Shown here piece by piece: positions 52,691-64,000 of a DNA stretch of 64,000 bases (position 1 is its first letter; every line of letters begins with the position of its first letter). Source of the DNA: Octopus sinensis (taxonomy: Eukaryota); the NCBI RefSeq assembly GCF_006345805.1, contig NC_043001.1:133548001-133612000 (forward strand), given 5' to 3'. A model generated the notes under the pieces. It worked only from the letters and a program-made list of their open reading frames with translations. It searched no databases and was not told where the DNA came from. The translations under genes and the position numbers were made by a program.

Positions 52691-53210
52691 TCTATTATAT
52701 AAAAGTCAATGTCTTTATGTGTGTTCGTGTGTTACTTATACATTCGAGAACTACTGCACCGATCCTAATGAAATTTGGAACACAAAATCCAAGCATAGGG
52801 AGAAAGGTAATGCTGTGTGTTTCATACAATTTCATGGACCAAAATTACTGAATGGATCCTTATGATATTTGGAACTTAGATAATGCATAAGGGCGAGTAT
52901 AATGCAATATGTTTGGTTTGAATTTGAGATGGCTTAAAGGGGGCAGAACCCCCATGAAAATTCATAAATTTTCGATGTTGAAATTTCATCCATGGGTAAT
53001 TGATACACATCAAGAATTATTCTTAGAAAATTGGTCAAAAACTAAGTCAAAAGTATTGAATGGATCTTTATGAAATTTGGAAATTATATTCTATGCATAA
53101 GGGCCATAACCCCAATGAAAATTCATATATTTTTGCTGTTGATGAAATTTTAACCATAGGTATTGGACACAAATGAAGTGATATTTCTAAAATTTCATCT
53201 TCTTAGAAGT
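52691..53210 (+). mobile_element. Helitron/HINE-like relic
   Basis: Starts A|TCTATTATATAAAAG; contains GAACTACTGCACCGATCCTAATGAAATTTGG and internal ATGAAATTT subrepeats. Confidence 0.4.
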
Positions 53211-53221
53211 TAAAAAGACCC

Positions 53222-53550
53222 CTTCATGGGGACATAACACCCACGGACATAACATCACGGGTCATACGTCCCCTGCCCAATTCAGGATCACAACATATAG
53301 GTACACTGCGACATAATTTCTTTTCCTCAACAGGCCCTGCACTGTTTAACATTGTCCCTAAACAGATCAAAGAGGAAAAGGATCCCATCACCTTTAAACG
53401 GAGTCTGGACAGATTTCTTGAAGGAATGCCAGATAAGCCACCCATACCTGGATACAATTCACTCAATAAGAACTCACTACTGGAATGGACCATAAACAAA
53501 ACTTGACTTTAAAAGGATTTAGATAATCCTATCAGGTGGTGCTATTAAAA
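53222..53550 (+). mobile_element. CR1/L2-group LINE 3' end
   Basis: GPALFNIVPKQIKEEKDPITFKRSLDRFLEGMPDKPPIPGY...NSL* matches the C-terminal FKxxLDxFL motif. Confidence 0.7.
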
Positions 53551-54061
53551 GGACCCCATCACCTTTAAACGGAGTTAGGGCAGATTTCTTGAAGGAATGT
53601 CAGAGAAGCCACCCATACCTGGATACAATTCACTCAATAAGAACTCACTACTGGAATGGACCATAAACAAAACTTGACTTTAAAAGGATTTAGATAATCC
53701 TATCAGGTGGTGCTATTAAAAGGACCCCATCACCTTTAAACGGAGTTAGGGCAGATTTCTTGAAGGAATGTCAGAGAAGCCACCCATACCTGGATACAAT
53801 TCACTCAATAAGAACTCACTACTGGAATTGACCATAAACAAAACTTGACTTTAAAAGGATTTAGATAATCCTATCAGGTGGTGCTATTAAAAGGACCCCA
53901 TCACCTTTAAACGGAGTTAGGGCAGATTTCTTGAAGGAATGTCAGAGAAGCCACCCATACCTGGATACAATTCACTCAATAAGAACTCACTACTGGAATG
54001 GACCATAAACAAAACTTGACTTTAAAAGGATTTAGATAATCCTATCAGGTGGTGCTATTAA
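53380..54061 (+). repeat. 4 x 171-bp tandem of the LINE 3' terminus
   Basis: Unit starts GGA(T/C)CCC at 53380, 53551, 53722 and 53893. Confidence 0.95.
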
Positions 54062-54511
54062 GTTAGACATGGCCTGAACCAATCTTTGGTCGAAACATAT
54101 CTAAGTTTTTTATCTAAGTTTTTACCACAGTTGTCCCTTTGTGCTTTTTCCTTTAGTGACGGCGTTTTGTTCAGCCGGTCAGCCAGACTCAGTTCTCACC
54201 AACTTTTGCTTGGGAATCTTCTATATATATAATTATCGCCAGATCGCGAGAAAGAGAGACATATCATTATTTTGGGAGGTCTGTTGTTCTGTCAGTTTAA
54301 CTCTCCACCGCATCCAAAAGGTTAGAAGGGGTCAGGTGGCAAAGACATTATTTTGCTTAGCGAAGGCATCTGGCAAATGTAACTGCTGTCAATGTTTCCC
54401 TATGGGAAAAGTTCATTGTACTGTTAAGTGAAATTTGGCGTTTGAGGATCGAATCCATGCTATGCCTACATGAAGCCATTACATATAAAAACTGTGATCC
54501 CTCGCCATATC

Positions 54512-54734
54512 TATTTCTTTACTACCCACAAGGGGCTAAACACAGAGGGGACAAACAAGGACAGACAAACGGATTAAGTCGATTACATCGACCCCAGTGC
54601 GTAACTGGTACTTTTTTAATCGACCCCGAAAGGATGAAAGGCAAAGTCGACCTCGGTGGAATTTGAACTCAGAACGTAACGGCAGACGAAATACCGCTAA
54701 GCATTTCGCCCGGCGTGCTAACGATTCTGCCAGC
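54512..54734 (-). mobile_element. SINE family B
   Basis: 14-bp TSD TCCCTCGCCATATC. Confidence 0.9.
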
Positions 54735-55043
54735 TCCCTCGCCATATCGCGGTTCACCTATCGCGCATTCAGTAAATCGCAGATTCTTCTGGATATTATA
54801 TGTAAATTTATATCGCGAACTCCTCTGTTTATCCGGGTTTCTGCGACGGATACATATTTATATCTTTTTAGATTTTAATTATTTGTGTGCGAGGTTTTGG
54901 AACGTAACACCATCGGTAAGTCGAGTGATTGCTATACATACATGTGTGTGTATGTGTGTTACCTTTTTCTTGTTGCAGTCACTACACTGCAGCCAGTGTA
55001 TATATATACATATACATATATATATATATAATATTATATTATA

Positions 55044-55095
<52 letters not shown>

Positions 55096-55105
55096 TATAT
55101 TATAT

Positions 55106-55143
<38 letters not shown>

Positions 55144-55538
55144 CTAGCAGTATCGCCCGGCGTTGCTCGGGTTTGTAAGGGAAATAATTATATAAGCATT
55201 TTTAGAGATGTAAAGTATAATAGCCATCTCAATATGGCTAACCACAAAGGGGGAGGGGTGTTACTGTAGCTTTTTACGTTCTGAGATTTAATAATAATTT
55301 TAGAGAGTTACTTCCCTTATATATGTCAAAAATGGATTAAAAATGGAAAAATTGATGGTAAATTTTTTTTTAAATCGTAGACTCATCGTAGACGCGCGCT
55401 AATACCCAGACGGTCTCGATATGAATCACGACTATAAGATACCCGGTTTTGGTTAAACTGCACCGCAAAATGTGGGAGTAGTTAGGAATCTAAATCGTAG
55501 GAGACAGAGACACACAACCTCACTTTTATATATAAAGA
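55144..55538 (-). mobile_element. Non-autonomous Helitron, same family with a variant middle
   Basis: Same TC and hairpin-CTAG termini. Confidence 0.85.
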
Positions 55539-55957
55539 TTCCTCTCTATTTACATAATATTGAGGTCTCTTTCTTTCTTTTGTTATCTTACTGTTTTTAC
55601 CAATATAATATATATATATATAATATATATATAGTTACAGAGATGCACTTGCATAGCAAGTGACTTGATCTGAGATCGTGTGCTGGAACGAAAACAGTTG
55701 CAAGCGTTGAAGGTGTTTATAAGCCCTTTAAGAAACACACAAAAACCGTTAGATTCACTTCAACATTTAAATTTAATTTGTCAAAATATTTTCGTCGCTT
55801 TGAGACCGCGACCTGTTAGCACGATATTTTTGTCAGTGAACAGGTCGCGGTCTCAAAGCGACGAAAATATTTTGGCAAATTAAATTTAAATGTTGAAGTG
55901 AATGTAACGGTTTTTGTGTGTTTCTTAAATGGCTTACAAACACCTTCCACGCTGCAA
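55539..55957. repeat. Unclassified dispersed repeat (family H) with an inverted duplication
   Basis: Arms at about 55698-55817 and 55840-55957; other pieces at about 29800-30005 and 9495-9565. Confidence 0.7.
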
Positions 55958-56324
55958 TATATATATACACACATATATAGATATGTATGTATGTATGTGT
56001 GTATATGTGTATGCATGTATGTGTGTGTGTGTGCGTGTCTGTGCTTGTGATTGTCCTCCACCACTGCTTGACAACGAATGTTGGTTTGTTTACATCCCTG
56101 TCACCTAGTGGTTTGACAAAGGAAACAGCTAGAATAAGTACAATGCTTACAAAAAAAAAAACTGGAGTTGATTCATTAAACTACAATTCTTCAAGGCATT
56201 GCCCCAGCATGGCCACAGACCAATGGCTGGAAAAAGCAGAAGAATAAAAGAATACATTCTCTGCTTAGGTCTTATGTTCAAGGCATGAGAAAGCTTGAGT
56301 TTACATGAGAAGGCCTAACAGACC

Positions 56325-56590
56325 TGGTAGAACAGCAGCCAAATCTCCCTCAAATCACACACCTTACTGTCTTATGTATGTATATATATATGAGCCAATG
56401 AGGGGGACCTCTACATGGTAGCTAGACCTGGTAGAAATAGCAGCCAAATTTCCCCCAAATCACACCTTACTGTCTTATCTATGTATATATGTATGTATGA
56501 GCCTATGAGGGAGACCCCTACATGGCAGCTAGACATGGTAGAAATAGCAGCCAAATCTCCCTCAAATCACACCTTACTGTCTTATCTTTC
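56325..56590 (+). repeat. Three about 105-bp tandem units of a dispersed repeat
   Basis: GGTAGAA(C/A)(T)AGCAGCCAAAT(C/T)TCCC(T/C)CAAATCACAC recurs three times; related pieces at about 6435 and 57700. Confidence 0.75.
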
Positions 56591-56681
56591 TGCTACTTGG
56601 ATATAGGTCTTATATTCGTCGTCAAAAACTTTCCTGTCACACACTCACGCACACGCACACACACACACACACGCACCCTCA

Positions 56682-56716
<35 letters not shown>

Positions 56717-57083
56717 GCACGTTAGCTTACAATTTTATTTATATATTTGCGTGTCTATGTGTGGAAAGAGGAAGTGGGAGGCAGAGTGAAAGAATCACTC
56801 ACTACAGTAAGTGAATTACTTTCATTTTATTCGTTGCCCACTGTGTGTGTGCGTTTGCGTGTGGTGTAAACCAGACTAAGAAAAGCATTTGACACACACA
56901 CCAGAATGTGAGTTTTCTGTAAATTTTGCTTAATTGGAGTTTAAATTTTAAAAACTGGACCTGGCATGACGCGATGCATTGTACTCTTAAAAATGCTAGG
57001 TAAATTGTAATTGAAGAAATCCTATATTGTAGATTTCTATAACTCCCAAAGGGAGGCAGATAAAATCTGCCTTTTATAATAAG

Positions 57084-57126
<43 letters not shown>

Positions 57127-57987
57127 TCTACAAACACACACTTGGGATCTTTTCTGTTTGACTTTCACTTTCTTAATTTTTTTTTCCAGTTGAGTTCAAT
57201 TTGGTGTACTGATGTAGTTTTGTATGTTAATTATAGAAATGAAATTCATTTTCGCCATGAATTAGCAAATAAATAGTTAATATCTTTTAAAGTTTGAAAA
57301 TTCTGATTAATTTTATCCAATCGAAAACCACAGATATATTGGTTCCTGTTTTCATAGTAACAAGCCAAGTCGTCGTGTTGTCTGCTGACCCGTGTGGGGA
57401 GTAAAATATTGATTTCAAATTTGGGGACAAGCGATTTCGGGAATGGAGGATAGTCAATGACATTGACCACAGCGTTCTACTGGAATTTATTTTATCGGCC
57501 CCGAAGGAGATGACAAGCAAAGTTGACATCGGCAGAATCGAACTCAGAATGTAATGATGGACGATATGCCACTAAGCATTCTTCCGGCGTGCTAATAATT
57601 CTGCTAGCTTGCTGCCTTATAGGGAGTAACATATTGAAAAAAACATCAATACATGTCAGAATTGCAAAGAACCAGGGAAGGTAGTCATGGGATGTGCTAG
57701 AAACAACAGCCAAATCTTACTTAGATCACGTACTTTTTCGACCGAAAATATTCAGAATTTCTTTTTTTACCAAAAAGGCTTCTCCCATTGCTTACACGTG
57801 TGTGTGACGGGCTTCCGTACAGTATCCGGCAGCAAAATTCCGCTGACAAGTTATTGGTCCACCTTAGGCTACAATAGAAAATGTTTGTTCAATGTGCCTT
57901 GCGGTCAGAATGAACTGAGAATCACACGATGACTAAATGAAATTCCTAAACACGCGACCACATTTGCGTGGGAGTGCTTATGCCAGA

Positions 57988-58022
<35 letters not shown>

Positions 58023-58237
58023 AGTCTGTGTGCGTGCGTGCGCGAGCGTGCGAGTGAAAGTGTGTGTGTGTGTGTGTGTGCGCGTTTGTGTATGTGTGTG
58101 TTTAAGTAAACGTTATAGACAGCTTTATAGATAGAGTGCGTATGTGTGTGTGCGTGCGTGTGTAAAATTTCACACTAAAACATTTGTATCAAACATGTGT
58201 TGAACGTGTGGTTTGTGTGTGTGTGTGTGTGTAATGT

Positions 58238-58623
58238 GGAAGCACTCCGTCGGTTACGACGACGAGGGTTCCGGTTGATCCGAATCAACGGAACAGCCTG
58301 CTCGTGAAATTAACGTGTAAGTGGCTGAGCACTCCACAGACACATGTACCCTTAACGTAGTTCTCGGGGATATTCAGTGTGACACAGAGAGTGACAAGGC
58401 CGGCCCTTTGAAATACAGGTACAACAGAAACAGGAAGTAAGAGTGAGAGAAAGTTGTGGTGAAAGAGTACAGCAGGGATCACCACCATCCCCTACCGGAG
58501 CACTCGTGGGGCTTTTAGGTGTTTTCGCTCAATAAACACTCACAACGCCCGGTCTGGGAATCGAAACCGCGATCCTATGACCACGAGTCTGCTGCCCTAT
58601 CCACAGGGCCATTGCGCCTCCAC
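58238..58623 (-). mobile_element. SINE family C
   Basis: Full length; TSD GTGTGTGTAATGT. Confidence 0.9.
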
Positions 58624-58961
58624 GTGTGTGTAATGTACTACAATATACACATCCTGGCAGTTGTATAATGTGTAATTTGCCGGTCACGCTAAGTAAAGAA
58701 AAGTAAAACAACAGAGTGGGAGGGAGTAAGATTCTGAATCCAAAGGAACAGTATTCAAAGGTCTTGCTTTGAAGACGTTGCTATTTTAATCAAAATAAAA
58801 CTGCAAATTTTTTATCGTAAATTCTATCAACTATATCAGTTCGACATACACATATATAAGTATATACATGAAATTAAATTTCTTTTGTTTTCATAACATA
58901 TATATAAATGTTATGTGAGACTGTAAAAAGACCTCAATATGTATGTATGTATATATGTATG

Positions 58962-58995
<34 letters not shown>

Positions 58996-59049
58996 TTATG
59001 TATGTATGTATGTATGTATGTATGTATGTATGTATGTATGTATGTATGT

Positions 59050-59412
59050 ATTTTTTCTTCCGTCTTCCCTTCCTTGGATCTTTCCTTTTTGTATGTTTCT
59101 GACGAAGAGCTCCGCTCGAAACGTTAAATCCTCCTTCTTTCTTTCTTTCCCTGAGCGTCCAATAACACTATACTTGTTCCACGTCCTCGCGTTGTTGTGT
59201 TTTCTCTTTGTGTTTTCATGTTTGGGTTGACTTGTATGTATGTATGTATGTATGTATGTATGTATTATGTATGTATGTATGTATGTATGTATGTATGTAT
59301 TTTTTCTTCCGTCTTCCCTTCCTTGGATCTTTCCTTTTTGTATGTTTCTGACGAAGAGCTCCGCTCGAAACGTTGTGTTTTCTCTTTGTGTTTTCATGTT
59401 TGGGTTAACTTG
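59050..59412 (+). mobile_element. Two tandem pLTR-like units in a (TATG)n tract
   Basis: Units at about 59050-59232 and 59298-59412 (the second internally deleted). Related decayed copies lie at about 10030-10070 and 10215-10325 (-) and 12700-12870 (+). Confidence 0.6.
59096..59128 (+). ncRNA. Minimal hammerhead motif, same family as 12731
   Basis: TTT CTGACGA A GAGC[TCC]GCTC GAAA CGTT AAA, with palindromic AACGTT. A second copy at 59345-59374 lacks the 3' strand of stem I. Confidence 0.6.
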
Positions 59413-59827
59413 TATGCATGTATGTATGTATGTATGTATGTATGTATGTATGTATGTATGTATGTATGTATGTATGTGCGCGTGTATATGAGTGTATATG
59501 TGTGTGTATGTCTTTATGTATGAATATATACGTATATGTGTAAGTGTGTGTGTGTGTGTGTCCGTGTGTGTACACATGCATTATGTGGAGGATATTTTCA
59601 GCTGAGACGTAACAACCGCATCTGATTCATCAAGTGCTTCAATATTTTGTGCGTACAGATATTTACTAGATTGTTAACATCTATTGATGCGTCATTTTCT
59701 AGTATTAATATAATTGTCAGCATTTTTGATGAGACGCGTATGCTAGTATTTTTTATAATGGCTTTGCTATTTTATAAATATTTTTTATACGTATGTATGT
59801 AAATATGTATGTGAGGTGTATTCAGGT

Positions 59828-60062
59828 TTAAGGCGGCGAGCTGGCAGAAACGTTAGCACGCCGGGCGAAATGCTTAGTGGTATTTCGTCTGCCGCTACGT
59901 TCTGAGTTCAAATTCCGCCGAGGTCGACTTTGCCTTTCATCCTTTCGGGGTCGATAAATTAAGTACCAGTTACGCACTGGGGTCGATACAATCGACTTAA
60001 TACCTATGTCTGTCCTTGATTGTCCTCTCTATGTTTAGCCCCTTGTGGGTAGTAAAGAAATA
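59828..60062 (+). mobile_element. SINE family B
   Basis: 15-bp TSD GAGGTGTATTCAGGT at 59813-59827 and 60063-60077. Confidence 0.92.
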
Positions 60063-60714
60063 GAGGTGTATTCAGGTATCACGTATGTATGTGTTTATGT
60101 ATGTATTATGAGTATGTATGCGTGTTTGTGTTTTCGTGTGTGTGTATGTGAGTGTGTTTGAGTGCGTGCGTGAGTGTGTCGGGCTATTCTTAGTGTAACC
60201 CAGTACAACCTGCCTTATGTCGGCACGTCTGAGACTACACCACCAATTCTATCGAGCCTTCTCGGTAAGAATGGTGGTTTTCGTTGGATTCCCTACAAGA
60301 CGAAAAACAAAACCCGTCAAAAGGTGGATGAATTGAGTATAGTTAACGGTCATCCAACGGCCATCCAACAGCCATTCAACGGTCTTCCAACGGTCACTCA
60401 GCAGCTTAAAAATCTCTCTAGAAGCAGGAAAAACTCTGATGTAATCATAGACTCGGAAACAATGAATGCAGAATGTGTAAGCGCACACCCTAAAACTTTT
60501 GAAGGGAAATGAAAGCACTTTGGACATCCTCCTAAAAACCACTAAGCAAATTTCGTTTCTGCACTTATGGATGTAACACCTACGGCTTCTATTGTATCCA
60601 ACTCTAGTTCTTTTTTAACTATATGCACACGTCGCTTGCGGAGTGGGATTGGGCTTGTGAAAGACCTTTCCTGACTTTAAAACGCTTCAGGCACAGGCAT
60701 TAAGATTTTTTTTG

Positions 60715-61950
60715 TTCCTTCTCGAGCCATGCCCAACTCATAAGGGCCAGTTTCCCGGTTTCATTGGCGTATAGGTTCCCTCCCCGCCGGACGGGACGCC
60801 GGTCCGTTGCAGGTGAGCTGCTAGAGGATCTTTTCACTTTGACCGGCAGATTTAAAAAATAATTTCTTTGTAACTAAACACTTTTAAACTTCGTATACTG
60901 GTTGAATGTGTCACATAAAACATCTTTTTCTCTTGGCGTTCTTGAGAAAATTATGTAGTTTGTAAGCTATTTCTTGTTTAATTTCTCGTATTTCGGCAAT
61001 TTCAACCAATCAGTGACGTCTGTTGAGGTGAATACAATTACTGCTCTTGTTTGCAACAAGTTCAGCAACAACTTCCGGCGGTACGTGTATTTGTTTACAT
61101 TTGAAGATCGTCACTTTCTGTAAAATTTTTATTTTTTTATATATGTCGGGTTAGAGTTAGGGTTAGGGTTAGGGGTGGGGGGAAGGGTATCCTTTTTTTT
61201 CATAATTGTAAATAAATGTAAATAAGCTGCAAATATAAATAAATATATGTCTTCGAGATCGATACTAGGGTCATAATTATGGATGGACACTAAATGAGGG
61301 AACGGTTTTGTTAGCCAGCTCTGTTTACGAGTGACCCCTCAGTTTATGGCCACAAAATGTTTATATTTGCAGTATATTTACATTTCTGAAGAAAAAAGAT
61401 ACCCTTCCCCTCACCCCTAACCCTAACCCCACATATATAAAAAAATTAAAATTTTACAGAAAGTGACGATCTTCTTCAAATCTAAGCAAATACACGTACC
61501 TCCGGAAGTTGTTGTTGAACTTGGTGCAAACAAGAGCAGTAATTGTATTCACCTCAATAGACGTCATTGATTGGTTGAAATTGCCAAAATACAAGAAATT
61601 AAACAAGAAATAGCTTACAAACTACATAGTTTTCTCAAGAACGCCAAGAGAAAAAGATGTTTTATGTGACACATTCTACCAGTATACGAAGTTTAAAAGT
61701 GTTTAGTTACAAAGAAATTATTTTTAAAATCTGCCGGTCAGAGTGAAAAGATCCCTGCTGGATGCAGGAGGAAGGAGTGAGAGAAAGTTGTGGCGAAAGA
61801 GTCAGCAGAAGTTTGCCATTACCTTCTGCCGGTGAGGCGTGGAGCTTAAGTGTTTTGCTCATAAACACACACATCGCCTGGTCTGAGATTCGAACCCGCT
61901 ATCCCTCGACCGCGAGTTCGCTGCTCTAACCACTAGGACATGTGCCTTCA
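60715..61950 (-). mobile_element. SINE with a C-like head and a different tail, split by the foldback element
   Basis: Head at 61755-61950 and tail at 60715-60825 join across the 8-bp TSD. Confidence 0.75.
60826..61754. mobile_element. Foldback non-autonomous DNA transposon, Merlin-like
   Basis: About 370-bp inverted arms, termini GGATCTTTTC/GAAAAGATCC, 8-bp TSD CTGCTAGA/CTGCTGGA. The inner arms contain TTAGGG repeats. Confidence 0.8.
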
Positions 61951-62906
61951 CAGACGTTGCGTTTGTTAACATTTCTATTATGTGTCGCATGCTATGGCCG
62001 GTCATAGTCGGGAAAGGCAAAACACTCAACAAAAGAATTTTTCAAATTCCATAGCCGAATAAAGACATGTGTCAGCGTGTGTGATTCGCTCTTTGAACAC
62101 CTGCAGCAGTGAAGGAAGTCTTCGTTGCCTCAAATATGGAAAAGTGTATGGGTTTCTAGTGGTTGTGGAAAGTTACATCTGTGCTGCTCGTGTTTTAGAG
62201 ATGCAGCCATCATATCTGTCCATCTGCCTGTATGTATGTATGTATGTATGTATGTATGTATGTATGTATGTATGTATGTATGTATGTATGTATGTATGTT
62301 TGTTTGTATGTATGTTTGTATGTATGTATGTGTGTGTGTGTGTATGTATGTATGTGTGTGTATGTATGTATGTATGTAATGTATGTATGTATGCATGTAT
62401 TTTTATGTATATAATATATCTTCCTTTTACTTGTTTCAGTCGTTTGACTACGGCCATCCCGAGGCACCACCTTGAAGGGCTTTAGTCGAGCAAATCGACC
62501 CCAGGACTTATTCTATCTCTCTTTAGCCGAACCGCTAAGTTACGGGGGCGTAAACACACCAGCATCGGTTGTCAAGCGATGGTGGTGGAACAAACACAGA
62601 CACACACACACACGACGATCTTCTTTCAGTTTCCGTCTACCAAATCGACAAGGCTTTGAACTAAACCCGGAACCATGTGGCTGGTAAGCAAGCTACTTAC
62701 CACTCAGTCACTCCTACGCCTTTATATTTAGTTACTGGGTCATTCTCTTCTTTATTTACATATCCCTTGACGTGGTTTTAACTTTTGCCCTTGATTCAAA
62801 CATAACTGACCAATTGTAGTGATGGATAAACTTAGGTCAATCTCATAACGGATAACAAGTGGTAGTCTCAACAATATTTCAGTAAGTACACTATTATAAA
62901 AAACCT

Positions 62907-63291
62907 GTGGAGGCGCAATGGCCCAGTGTTTAGGGCAGCGGACTCGCGGTCGTAGGATCGCGGTTTCGATTCCCAGACCGGGCGTTGTGAGTGTTTATTG
63001 AGCGAAAACACCTAAAGCTCCACGAGTGCTCCGGTAGGGGATGGTGGTGATCCCTGCTGTACTCTCTCACCACAACTTTCTCTCACTCTTACTTCCTGTT
63101 TCTGTTGTACCTGTATTTCAAAGGGCCGGCCTTGTCACTCTCTGTGTCACGCTGAATATCCCCGAGAACTACGTTAAGGGTACACGTGTCTGTGGAGTGC
63201 TCAGCCACTTACACGTTAATTTCACGAGCAGGCTGTTCCGTTGATTCGGATCAACCGGAACCCTCGTCGTCGGAACCGACGGAGTGCTTCC
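62907..63291 (+). mobile_element. SINE family C
   Basis: Full length; TSD-like ATAAAAA(A/G)CCT. A 5' fragment also lies at about 51865-51987 (-). Confidence 0.9.
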
Positions 63292-63834
63292 ATAAAAAGC
63301 CTACGATTTCGTACTGGATAAATATTAACTAACCCTACTTACAGTAACATAAGTGCTATTCTCTTTCTAGACATGTAAGTAATTTTCTTGTCTTATTTTA
63401 GTGCTAACTTCATTTCACAACTTTTCAAACATCCTGGCTCCCCACTCTCTTTATATAGAAAAATAACCCATAAATATTTCTCCAGACCACTGCTTGATCA
63501 CACTTTTGCCCATCGACTTCGAAGCTCTACGCTGGAAGATGGTATGATTTTAATATATTGAGCCTCCTGGCTTCTTCTCGAGGCCATGTTCTTTCCTATT
63601 CCCTCTTCCCTTTGTTTATTTTATTTGATGCTTTTGTATTCACTCTGATGAAGCTCCATGTACTAATTCGAATGTTATTTTCGTAATTCTTTCGTAGGCA
63701 CCGACTGACATTGGAAACGGAAACGGCCGTAAGAATTGTTGTCATGTTTTGTATTTAAAAAAATCTACAGATGTGGTCTAATTTGTCTATCTGTTAATCT
63801 AAATTTTCTCCATTTTCTGATTATAAAAATGTTT

Positions 63835-63881
<47 letters not shown>

Positions 63882-64000
63882 ACACAGAGTTTTTGAAAGA
63901 CTGCCCTAGCATGGCCGCAGTCTAATGCCCGAAGCAAGTAAAAGATAAAAGATATGTACGTATATATGTGTATATGTGTAAGAGAAATGTCATTATCCAA

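Noticed and set aside
54080-54115. Hammerhead-like CTGA-ACCAA-TCT-TTGGT-CGAAAC
   Set aside because: The core lacks NGA, there is no GTH triplet, and there is no stem I.

Overview
This is AT-rich, microsatellite-dense animal genomic DNA. The SINE complement, intron style and (TTAGGG)n-like motifs suggest an Octopus-like cephalopod, which is an inference. The only well-supported host genes are on the minus strand. One is a complete 5-exon membrane-anchored SDR9C-type short-chain dehydrogenase (BDH1/HSD17B2/RDH-like, 24833-28761, 411 aa). The other is the isolated first exon of a diverged paralog about 20 kb downstream (4560-4896), whose remaining exons are not in the window. The rest is repeat: at least six tRNA-type SINE families, Penelope-like elements (PLEs), Tx1, RTE, CR1/L2-like and RLE LINE relics, mariner and DD37D transposase relics, piggyBac-, Merlin- and Helitron-type non-autonomous elements, and several mini/satellites. 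The most striking hidden layer is about 15 type I hammerhead-ribozyme-like motifs from at least 6 sequence families. Most have a tiny palindromic stem III and a non-canonical stem II base, and they sit in tandem or inverted PLE pLTR remnants. One pair forms a perfect 82-bp-arm palindrome. All folds and family calls were made by eye; no database search or folding program was run.
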